A stretch of DNA of 64,000 bases from sequence record NZ_CP022047.2; one strand, given 5' to 3'. The notes below the pieces were generated by a model. The model had not been told where the DNA came from. It saw only the letters and a list, made by a program, of their open reading frames with translations, and did not search any database. How positions within the stretch are numbered: position 1 is the first letter of the stretch; the number at the start of each line of letters is the position of its first letter. Of this stretch, positions 1 to 8,902 are shown in pieces. The translations under genes and the position numbers were made by a program. This DNA comes from a plasmid.

Positions 1-2121
1 GACACCTTGTTGAACAGATGCTTTTTGTACACTATCATCTTTACTATCTTTATGTGCTGTGGTATCTTCCGCTGTTGTCGGTATATTCTCTATTTCATCA
101 TGTGTAACAACACCATTATCGTCTTTTGATTTTACATTAGACGTATCAAGTGTTGTCGCATTTCTGTCATGGTCATTATGTGCTACTTTTTGTTCATGTT
201 CATTTTGTTGAACATGTTGTATACCCTCTTGATCCGTTTGTTCATTGTCTAATTGTTGATGTGTGCCATCCTGATTTGAATGTACAACACCTTCATCATG
301 ACTCGTATCATTTGAGCTTTCTGGTACATCTACATGTTCTGGTGTGTCATCTGATGTTGAAACTGTTTCATTAGAAACACCTTCTTGTGAGTCCTCAACT
401 TCATCAGTCGTCGTTGTTGTATCAACATCAACGGATTGACTGCCTTGACCACCTTTTGTGTGTTGTTGTGAACTCACATTATCTGATTCGCCTACGACCA
501 CCTGTTGCGCATTCGTTTCTTGATTAACATGAGCTTGTGCTTCTGTTTCTGCACCATAGGAAGTATCAACTGATCCCTCTTGGTCATCTAAAGTTGGCGC
601 TGTATAAGTTTCATGTGGTTTCATATTTAAATCTTTCTCCATTTGACTAATCGTGCCTGTACCTAAATCATTTGCGACACCTTTCGCACGACTTTGTTCA
701 AAACTATCTTTTGCGTAGCCACCTAATGTACCAACACCACCTTTTGCTTGATGTCCAATATTGCTCGCTAAATTCTTACCGCCTTGTGCGACTGCACTTG
801 TTGCTTTCGTTGCACCAGTCATATGTGCCATTTTAGAACCTGCTTTCATCGCAACAGCACCACCTGCAATACCTGCCATCAATGATTTCTGTCCATCTTT
901 AACACCTGTATCGATACCTAATATTTTCTTCGCTTCATTAGGACCATCTACAACCGCAATCGCAAGTCCTATATAACAAATGACTTTTGCCAAGAATGAA
1001 AGATCTGATTGGAATATCGCACCTGTTAAAATCATAAACATTTTAAAAATAATCAATACCAAACCAATAACCGCATAGTTTGTAACGATATTTGAAAGCA
1101 GTTGTTTCACACGTTGAAGGGTGTTTAAATCCGCCGCAGCTACCCACGGTGCGATCACTTTTTGAAAGGCAATTTCAAACGATAATCGAACGACTTTAAA
1201 TGATGTAAAGACTTGTACCGCGATTAACGTCCCTAATAATAACCATGTGAAAAAGAAGCTCGTCTGATAACGTTGATAGTAATTACTAAAAGGTGCGGAA
1301 GATTGTTTAAAGAAACCTTTCCCAAAGCCGTCACTGATTTTAGATAACTCATTCGATTTACCATCACTGCTCGTGACAAGGTTATTGTTAAATACATAAT
1401 ACTTATATTTTTCTGAATTACTATCACTTGCTTTTTTTAATTTTGCGATATTTTCATAATATCGATATCCCTCTTCTTTTGCTTTTTTATCATCAACATT
1501 AGGATTTATCTTTTCTCCAAATTGACGACGTCCACTCGTAAATGAGCCATCCGTTAAATCATTGTTGATGCCATTTTTAGCCTTTTTAAAATCATTTTGG
1601 GCAAGCCAATATAAATCGGTTGTATTCATGGCGACGATTTGTGTCGATAAATACTTCATGTCTTTACCCTCAATGAGGTTGCCATCGCCACCATTAATTG
1701 ATTTCCCGACTTCTGTTACACCTTGTGAAAATTTATAAGCACTTGAGAAAATAGTCGGTAATGCGATGATGAAACAAATCGCAAGCACTGAATTTACCGC
1801 AATTTGGGCGAGTTTTGTTTGTTGTTTCCCAAACATCATCGATAAACCAATGATTAAAATGGTTAATCCAAAAACTGCCCATACAATTGGCATCATCGTT
1901 TCACTTAAATTCGTAATGGCTTTATTGTTTAATAAACCACCGAAAGTCACAATTTCATTGAGTAATTTTTCCATCGAAACGCTGATTTTATATAAACCCT
2001 TCGTAAAGTACCAACCCATGGACTTACAAATATGCACAAGCCAATCAATACCATCATATGATTTAAAAATTTCTTGATTATCTTTAAGGATTTCAATCGC
2101 CTTTTTTTTTGATTCACTCAC
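1..2121 (-). CDS. VirB6-like polytopic membrane protein of a Gram-positive conjugation/T4SS module (partial; GTG start at 2121, 3' end runs off left edge, >700 aa)
   Basis: Reverse-complement reading from GTG (2121-2119), immediately after the TAA of the upstream gene, gives VSESKKKAIEILKDNQEIF... and stays open to position 1. Several hydrophobic helices are followed by a Gly/Ala-rich segment and an acidic, His-rich C-terminal tail. A preceding AAAGGAG ribosome-binding site is shared with the upstream stop region. Confidence 0.6.
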   Translation of the reverse strand, partial: MSESKKKAIEILKDNQEIFKSYDGIDWLVHICKSMGWYFTKGLYKISVSMEKLLNEIVTFGGLLNNKAITNLSETMMPIVWAVFGLTILIIGLSMMFGKQQTKLAQIAVNSVLAICFIIALPTIFSSAYKFSQGVTEVGKSINGGDGNLIEGKDMKYLSTQIVAMNTTDLYWLAQNDFKKAKNGINNDLTDGSFTSGRRQFGEKINPNVDDKKAKEEGYRYYENIAKLKKASDSNSEKYKYYVFNNNLVTSSDGKSNELSKISDGFGKGFFKQSSAPFSNYYQRYQTSFFFTWLLLGTLIAVQVFTSFKVVRLSFEIAFQKVIAPWVAAADLNTLQRVKQLLSNIVTNYAVIGLVLIIFKMFMILTGAIFQSDLSFLAKVICYIGLAIAVVDGPNEAKKILGIDTGVKDGQKSLMAGIAGGAVAMKAGSKMAHMTGATKATSAVAQGGKNLASNIGHQAKGGVGTLGGYAKDSFEQSRAKGVANDLGTGTISQMEKDLNMKPHETYTAPTLDDQEGSVDTSYGAETEAQAHVNQETNAQQVVVGESDNVSSQQHTKGGQGSQSVDVDTTTTTDEVEDSQEGVSNETVSTSDDTPEHVDVPESSNDTSHDEGVVHSNQDGTHQQLDNEQTDQEGIQHVQQNEHEQKVAHNDHDRNATTLDTSNVKSKDDNGVVTHDEIENIPTTAEDTTAHKDSKDDSVQKASVQQGV

Positions 2122-4641
2122 TTATATATTCACTCCTTTATTAAGATTTGCGATAATATTTTTATCTAGCTTATTTTGTAGTAGCTCTAAATCAACTTCT
2201 AAAGCCGAATCATCACTAAACGTTTCAATATATAGTGCTAATTCTGTCTGTAACGCTTCAACACTTTGTACACTCTTACAAGTTGTACGTAATGAAAATT
2301 CATAATCCACATCATATACATCATGAAACGCCTCAGAAAATAACCGACAAATCAATGTGATATACATATCTTCTATGTGAAATGAGGTTAATTCGCCTTT
2401 ATCTGTTTCTGATATATGTTTAGGTTCTTCTGTCATTAAGTCATCTAACGTTTCCGTGAGTCGTTGTTGCTTCTGTTTTTCTTCTTTATCAAACACAAAT
2501 GTTATATCTTTTAAGTCATAGTATTTATGGTCTGATAAATCTTCGATTTCTGCATATCTACTCGGATCAATAGAACGATCAAGAAATTCCCATCTAAACG
2601 GCATACCTGTTTCGCCTTGATTGAAAATAGGATAAGCTCTAATACGCTCTCTTTTTAAGTTTTGACGCTTTGTCGAACGTATCACCACTGTATGTGTTTC
2701 ATGAATCATGAGTAAATCTTGCGGTAAAATCAATTCTTGCTTTTCAGATGAATACGTATGACTAACTTTTGTTGAATCATCAGATATATTTTTCTGTTTC
2801 TTTGTTTTTGTAAAATAACCACACTTTTTACTAAATTCATCAGCTGTATCAGGATCTGTTGATAAAATATATACATGATTTTGGAAATTTGATTTAATGG
2901 TTGTGCCATCATCTTGTCCATACTTCCCAAATATTTGTGAATAAGCTTGAACGTAAGCCTCAAATAAAATTCTTCGACCTGCACATACAGTCAATATTTG
3001 ATTAAAATCCACTATTGCTGGTAAATTCCCAAATTCATCGAGTCGGAATTTCACAAAGTTATGACATTTACCGTCAGGTACAACGTTACGATTCGATGTC
3101 ATTTCCGCAAGCAATGTATAAGTTTGAGAAATAAATAATGTCGCAAGTACATTTCTTGAACTATCATAATCCGGTACAACAAGAAAAAGTGCGATGGGTT
3201 TATTTGAATATGATCCCTGAATAAAAAGAGGCTCAACATCATGACTTGATTGATCTCTCAAGTAATGAAATTGAACCATTTCGTCTTGTGTATTCACTTG
3301 TTTATCTTCTTCTGGCAATATCATTTGATAGACCATATGTTGTTTGACATTATCGGAATCTTCTATTTCAAAATGAATTTTAACATCGTCTCCTAAAACA
3401 TCTTCATAAACAATCTCAGTATAACTAAAGGCATTCAGTTCGAATTTTTGAGATTTTGTTTTTATACTTTCACCTTGTTCATTTGTATGTTCAAAATAGT
3501 AATAACCTTTCTGAAATCGAAATATCGGTTTAAATCGTACATCAATAATTTTCTTAAATCCAAATCGCCTTGTATCTAACGTGTTTTGAGATGTCATTTT
3601 TGCGACATCTTGTTCCATGAATATTTGTAGTTTGCCGGAGGCAACCGTAAATATACTACTTCTAGTATTGCCTGTCGCAAAGTTAGACTGTGCGTAAGCA
3701 TTTTTCGCAATATGATCATCTGGTAATTTTTTGAAATATTGATCTAACTTATTCACTTCTACACCATCAACTATAGTTGTTTCTCCTCCAAGCTTAGACA
3801 ACATTAAAGCGACGTTATACATGGTGAACTTCTCGAATTCTTGGTCTCTATGTGTTTTCTCTAAAAGCGCCAAAATAATCGCTTTAATTAAGTTTGCCGC
3901 TGAACTATTCCAAAAGGGGTCTTTCGCACCCGGATCATAATATATCTGATTGGTTAATGTCCCCGCGTACTTTTCAGCTTTACTCTCGTTTCCTAATAAA
4001 TACATACGTTTAATGAGCTCTAAAGGATTGACCGCAATAGACTTTTCAGGATTCATGATATTAAAAGGTAAAACACGATAACCTCTATCAACCAATGTTT
4101 CATATGACCCATTTAATAATTCTTCTTTCGGGTCTCCAATGACGAGACTTGCCCTCTCTTCAGCGCGTGAATCAATATCAATAGCGACTGTTACAGCACT
4201 CTCACCTTTACCTGATCGACTCGTTCCAATAATACATGTATTATGTGTTTCCGTATCAATAAAGTACTGGTCTTTGTAATGTGATATTGGGAACCCCGCA
4301 ATACCTTCATATGTGTCATCACTATGTGGTATCGCTTTATATTGAGATTTAATTTCATCTAATGTTGCCCATCTTGAATCACCTTGTTCACCATAATCCA
4401 TTGGGCGATTCTTCCGATACAATTTATATATTTTGTAAAAAGAAAAAGGAACAATCACGGGTAATGTTAACAGAGAAAAGCCAATATATGAGAAGTCCAA
4501 CCAATTAGGTATGTGTAACATTTCTTCGACCGTTATATCAAACAGACTCATAATCCCATCATTTCTCGCGGGATTTTCATATCCCTCTTTAATATGCATA
4601 ATGACAGATATAATACCATTTAAAAATAAAAATAGAGACAA
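2122..4641 (-). CDS. Type IV secretion coupling protein (VirD4/TraG family ATPase) with long C-terminal extension
   Basis: Two N-terminal transmembrane helices, a Walker A motif GTSRSGKGE, and the VIGDPKEEL motif typical of VirD4/TraG coupling proteins. Length is 839 aa with a TTG start as called. Confidence 0.8.
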   Translation of the reverse strand: MSLFLFLNGIISVIMHIKEGYENPARNDGIMSLFDITVEEMLHIPNWLDFSYIGFSLLTLPVIVPFSFYKIYKLYRKNRPMDYGEQGDSRWATLDEIKSQYKAIPHSDDTYEGIAGFPISHYKDQYFIDTETHNTCIIGTSRSGKGESAVTVAIDIDSRAEERASLVIGDPKEELLNGSYETLVDRGYRVLPFNIMNPEKSIAVNPLELIKRMYLLGNESKAEKYAGTLTNQIYYDPGAKDPFWNSSAANLIKAIILALLEKTHRDQEFEKFTMYNVALMLSKLGGETTIVDGVEVNKLDQYFKKLPDDHIAKNAYAQSNFATGNTRSSIFTVASGKLQIFMEQDVAKMTSQNTLDTRRFGFKKIIDVRFKPIFRFQKGYYYFEHTNEQGESIKTKSQKFELNAFSYTEIVYEDVLGDDVKIHFEIEDSDNVKQHMVYQMILPEEDKQVNTQDEMVQFHYLRDQSSHDVEPLFIQGSYSNKPIALFLVVPDYDSSRNVLATLFISQTYTLLAEMTSNRNVVPDGKCHNFVKFRLDEFGNLPAIVDFNQILTVCAGRRILFEAYVQAYSQIFGKYGQDDGTTIKSNFQNHVYILSTDPDTADEFSKKCGYFTKTKKQKNISDDSTKVSHTYSSEKQELILPQDLLMIHETHTVVIRSTKRQNLKRERIRAYPIFNQGETGMPFRWEFLDRSIDPSRYAEIEDLSDHKYYDLKDITFVFDKEEKQKQQRLTETLDDLMTEEPKHISETDKGELTSFHIEDMYITLICRLFSEAFHDVYDVDYEFSLRTTCKSVQSVEALQTELALYIETFSDDSALEVDLELLQNKLDKNIIANLNKGVNI

Positions 4642-4814
4642 ACAAAGGACTGTAGCCAGTATACTCGTATAACGGCTATTACCTAGTATGTCTCCAAATT
4701 CGAATGGTTTCTTCTTTTTATCTAAATACGTATGTGTGATTTTGTTTTTTGATGGTTTTATAACGCATCCCTCCTAATAAATATCGGCATACAATATATA
4801 ATATGCATTATGCT

Positions 4815-5780
4815 TTATATATTCCCTGACACTTGTTCAATATAGCGTTCAAATATCATCCCATCATATTGTTTTACATCTTCTACATATTCCTCGAAGA
4901 TAAATGACGCATTAGAAAAACCTTCTTCATTTAAAATCGTGTGAACGTCATCAATGAGTTCAGTAATATTGTCTAATGAAGTTGTTTTGAGATAGGCTTG
5001 TTTCAATGAAACGGGTTCATCTCTTTCATTCATTAATCGACCATAATCAAAAGCGACATGTAAAATATTTTTTACTTTATCATCAAATGACTGAATGCCG
5101 GCTTGGTTGATGATTTCATCAAATTCGATTTCCGCTGTAATGTCTTCAATATAGTTAGTATATGCTTCATTTATTGTCGATACATCATATGGGTTCTCTT
5201 CAATCATAGTCTCCATATCTTCATTTACCGTCCCATCAGAATCATATTCAAAGTGTTTGGGTTCTTCAGATGTGTCAGCTTTAATTTCTTCTACATTGTC
5301 GAGTTCATTCTTTTGTTCATCAATTGTTGTATTGGCTTCGTTTAAATCATTTTGACTATGTGGCTCATCTTCATTTATTTTATCCACTTTATCTAGTACA
5401 CTCTGATTGTCAGGTACTTCTTTGTTTACTAATGTGGTATCTTGTTGAACCGTCACAAATGAAGATTTTGTTCGAAATTTTTCAAATGCATCTTCATTAC
5501 TATTTGCTTCATTTGGAATAGGCAGTATTTGGCGATAAACCAACAACTCATTTAACGTTAAAGTTTCCGTTAATTGTGGATTCAAATAAGTGAAAACTTT
5601 TGTATGCTTTTCTTTAATATTAGAAATGAAGTTCTGTGCTTCTGTTAATTGAGCTTCCACTAAGAAAGTATTTGCCTTTTCTCTTGTCATTGTTTCTTCT
5701 TCGAATCTTAATTGTACGCGATCTGACGAATCTAAAAGTGATTGTGTAGCTTCTGTTAATTTTATACTTGTTAAATGCAT
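4815..5780 (-). CDS. hypothetical acidic protein (conjugation-module associated)
   Basis: 321-aa ORF rich in D/E, co-directional and tightly spaced with the neighbouring transfer genes. Confidence 0.5.
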   Translation of the reverse strand: MHLTSIKLTEATQSLLDSSDRVQLRFEEETMTREKANTFLVEAQLTEAQNFISNIKEKHTKVFTYLNPQLTETLTLNELLVYRQILPIPNEANSNEDAFEKFRTKSSFVTVQQDTTLVNKEVPDNQSVLDKVDKINEDEPHSQNDLNEANTTIDEQKNELDNVEEIKADTSEEPKHFEYDSDGTVNEDMETMIEENPYDVSTINEAYTNYIEDITAEIEFDEIINQAGIQSFDDKVKNILHVAFDYGRLMNERDEPVSLKQAYLKTTSLDNITELIDDVHTILNEEGFSNASFIFEEYVEDVKQYDGMIFERYIEQVSGNI

Positions 5781-5801
5781 TGTATATATCTCCCTTTATG
5801 A

Positions 5802-8015
5802 TTATTTTTGGGCACCATTTATTATTTCTTTCTGTGCCTCTGCTTCTTTTTGCGCTTTTTGATAAGTATTGAATGCTTCTCTCTCTTTGATTTTATTATC
5901 AAGCGATTCTGACTCAAGGTCAATATTTAATTGTTTGGCTTCTTTAACTTTATTTTCATCAATCATATATTCGCCAATCGTTGCTAAATCACGATTTTTT
6001 AAATTTAATTGACCTTTATATTTTTCATACGTTTTAATAATGTTGTCGGCATCATGAGTAAGTAATGCCTGATACATATATGTTTTTGGATCATCGAATG
6101 TTTCTATAACAACATCTAAGCCATCAGAATCTTGATTTTTATAAGCCGTATCTGATATAGATTTATACTTATTTGGATATTCATTCATCGCTGTTTGATA
6201 TTGTCTATTTTTTAACAATTCATTAAATGTTGGTTTTTCTGGTTCTTCTTCAGCCACCATTTTGCCTGTCATGTTTACTGTAAAAATAATTATCGCAACC
6301 ATGATGCTCAGTAATAGCCCACCTAATATTAATGATGTCCAAATAGACTTCGATGAAGTTGGTTTAGTATTAATATATTGTGGTGATTGTAATAATTGCT
6401 CTGTTTTCATTAATTCTTTTTGAACGGAAATCTCTTCTTCTTTTAAACTATTGAGCTTTTTCTTTTCTTCAAGCTTTTGAAGTTCGATTTCTTGTGCCTT
6501 TTTCTTTGTTTCAAGTTCAAGTTGGGATTTCTTCTCTTTTTCAATCTCCAATTGATCAGCCTTTTCTTTGGCTTTTGCTTCTTGACGTCTTGTTTCTTCT
6601 ATATGATGTTGTTCTTGTTTTAATTGTTGTTCATATTTTAATTTTTCAGCTTCAGCATGCAATTTATCTCGATAGGCTTGTTCCTCACGCAACACTTCCT
6701 GTTTAAAACCTTCTATTTTAGCTTTTAAGAGTTGGAACGTTTCTTTATCGTAATCATACATTTTTGTTTTAAGATGTTCTTCTTGTGTTCGAATTAAATT
6801 TTGTAAATTTGTTTTTATTTCGCTGTCTAATCTTTTTTGTTCATTAGTAATATCATCAGATATGATTAATTCATGATTATCTATCATATTAGACAAATGG
6901 TCACTCACCTCTTGTTCATAAGCTTGATCTAAATCCTTAAGTTTATGTTCAAGTTCTTGATTTAACATACTGACTTTTTCTTGATACTTTAAATCCAACT
7001 CTTCTTTATAACGTCTCAAGATTTCTAAATTTTTAGCTTCTTCATTTTCAATAAACGCTTGTCTACGTTCTTCAATTTCAACACGTTTTTCTTCTTCAGA
7101 TTCATTTAAAGCTTCATCTGACATCATTAATGAAGATTGGAACTGGCTTAATTTTAATTCACTATCCTCTTTTAACTCGAGATACTTCAACATTAACTGT
7201 TGTTCTAAATCAAAGTAATATGTTTCTTTGAGCTGTTCTTTTTCTAATTGTCGATCATGTATGAAATCATATTTCTTTTGTAAGATAGGATCTTTCGAAT
7301 GTCGCTTTTTAACTTCATGATGTGTATATTTTGGAATTAAAACAGGTATAATATCTTTAACATGGCGTTTTGAAATGTCTAATTCTTTAGAATTAGATAC
7401 GTTACTTTCTGAAGATTCCTCTAAAGGTTTCGTATTTTCTAAGATTTCAACAATTCGATTGAGTTTTTCTTGTCCTTCCTGATTAATTTCAAATGATTGT
7501 GATTCTATTGCTTTAGGTTCTTCTGTTAGTTCTTCCTTTGGTTCTTCTAATGTCTTATTAAGAACTTCTTCTTTTTTCTTTAATAAATGTTTCTTCGACT
7601 TAACCTCCGGTTCATATTGATAAGCTTCCTCGTAATCTTGTTTAAAGTCTTCTATATTGTCTTTTGTCACATCCGGATCCTGTGATATATCTCTCGTGAC
7701 AATCGCAAACAATAAACTGTTTTCTACTTTGGCTAATTCATCAAATTCATCTGTTTGAACATGCTTTGATTCTTGATGATTCAGTTTAACATCATCACTT
7801 TCCCACCTTGATACAAATGTTTCATCATCCAAAATACTCATTTCTAAAATAAAATCTATGGTTTCTTGTTTCTTATCATAATAATCTCTACTCTCCTCAA
7901 CTAACATATTTAATAGTCGGTCAATTTCTTTTAATGGATATGCTTTTCTTAATTTATATCCAAGCTTTTTGACCAATTTAGGATCATTACTTTTTTTGAT
8001 TTGTCCTTTTAACAA
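5802..8015 (-). CDS. large coiled-coil protein with single transmembrane anchor (N-terminal ~570 aa cytoplasmic coiled coil, C-terminal ~140 aa extracytoplasmic)
   Basis: 737-aa ORF. Long stretches have heptad-like E/K/L/Q periodicity. One hydrophobic segment (SIWTSLILGGLLLSIMVAIIIFTV) is present, and the ORF spacing suggests an operon. Confidence 0.55.
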   Translation of the reverse strand: MLKGQIKKSNDPKLVKKLGYKLRKAYPLKEIDRLLNMLVEESRDYYDKKQETIDFILEMSILDDETFVSRWESDDVKLNHQESKHVQTDEFDELAKVENSLLFAIVTRDISQDPDVTKDNIEDFKQDYEEAYQYEPEVKSKKHLLKKKEEVLNKTLEEPKEELTEEPKAIESQSFEINQEGQEKLNRIVEILENTKPLEESSESNVSNSKELDISKRHVKDIIPVLIPKYTHHEVKKRHSKDPILQKKYDFIHDRQLEKEQLKETYYFDLEQQLMLKYLELKEDSELKLSQFQSSLMMSDEALNESEEEKRVEIEERRQAFIENEEAKNLEILRRYKEELDLKYQEKVSMLNQELEHKLKDLDQAYEQEVSDHLSNMIDNHELIISDDITNEQKRLDSEIKTNLQNLIRTQEEHLKTKMYDYDKETFQLLKAKIEGFKQEVLREEQAYRDKLHAEAEKLKYEQQLKQEQHHIEETRRQEAKAKEKADQLEIEKEKKSQLELETKKKAQEIELQKLEEKKKLNSLKEEEISVQKELMKTEQLLQSPQYINTKPTSSKSIWTSLILGGLLLSIMVAIIIFTVNMTGKMVAEEEPEKPTFNELLKNRQYQTAMNEYPNKYKSISDTAYKNQDSDGLDVVIETFDDPKTYMYQALLTHDADNIIKTYEKYKGQLNLKNRDLATIGEYMIDENKVKEAKQLNIDLESESLDNKIKEREAFNTYQKAQKEAEAQKEIINGAQK

Positions 8016-8150
8016 CGCCTTGACACCCTTTCCTTTTTTATTTAGAATTAAATTCTAGTATCTATATATATGAAATAGCTTTTTTCATCGTTAATTTTAA
8101 GAAAACCCCGGAATAACTTTTTTAAGTTATATCGGGGTTTTCTATTTATA

Positions 8151-8441
8151 TTAAAATTTTCCGTTTGCTTGGAACCAACCTACAATTGTTGTTGCGGACA
8201 ATACAACACATAAGCCGACGGCGCCACCAATCCACCATTGTTTAGCTGTACGTTTTCCATCATCGCCACCGAAAATCCAAAATAAGCCACCAATGATGAA
8301 TGCCAGTCCAGCTCCAGCAACACCGATTTTGTTTAAACCACGGCTAAAGTCTTTAATAACCTTTGCCCCTTTATCGAACGCGTCATTGTATTGTAAGAAA
8401 TCAAAAATGACATCTAAATGTAGTAATGTAATTAAATCCAT
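8151..8441 (-). CDS. small two-transmembrane-helix membrane protein (possible T4SS VirB2/VirB3-like component)
   Basis: 96 aa with two hydrophobic helices rich in Gly/Ala (GVAGAGLAFIIGGLFWIFGG; WWIGGAVGLCVVLSATTIVGW). Assignment rests on position next to the transfer genes. Confidence 0.4.
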   Translation of the reverse strand: MDLITLLHLDVIFDFLQYNDAFDKGAKVIKDFSRGLNKIGVAGAGLAFIIGGLFWIFGGDDGKRTAKQWWIGGAVGLCVVLSATTIVGWFQANGKF

Positions 8442-8467
8442 TCGTTTACCTTCTTCCTGTTAAAATT

Positions 8468-8497
8468 AGTAATTAAAAAAGCCCTTCGAAAAGGGCT
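8468..8497 (-). terminator. rho-independent terminator (minus strand)
   Basis: Hairpin AGCCCTT-cgaa-AAGGGCT, preceded by an A-run on the plus strand, which is a U-run on the minus strand. It lies downstream of the 8621-8902 gene. Confidence 0.5.
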
Positions 8498-8620
8498 GTG
8501 AGATGTTTAAAATTGATATAAGTGCTTTTTGGAGTATTGTACGTCTTCCGTTAGTGTTGGATTGCGTATAGGGTTCATATATAGCCTATCCTCCATGCAT
8601 CAAGTTGCATAGTCTTTGGT

Positions 8621-8902
8621 TTAAGCTTGTTGATGCTTATTTTTTTGTATTTGTTCTGACTGGGCTACATTCTGCCCTGTTTTGTTGTTCGTACCTTTTA
8701 CATTTTGTAGTACTAGTGATAAGACGGCTTCCTTCAAAACATTTTCTCTCCAAGCGTTAAAATATGTTTTATCTTTATCAATGATTTGAAGACGTTTTTC
8801 ATTCACTACTTGTTCAGCCCAAGTTTGATAATCAATACCATGTGACTGTACAATTTCTTTCATATCTTTTTCTTTCAATGTTAGATTTATCATATCCATC
8901 AT
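8621..8902 (-). CDS. hypothetical protein
   Basis: 93-aa ORF overlapping the stop of the LPXTG gene by 4 nt, suggesting translational coupling. Confidence 0.45.
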   Translation of the reverse strand: MMDMINLTLKEKDMKEIVQSHGIDYQTWAEQVVNEKRLQIIDKDKTYFNAWRENVLKEAVLSLVLQNVKGTNNKTGQNVAQSEQIQKNKHQQA

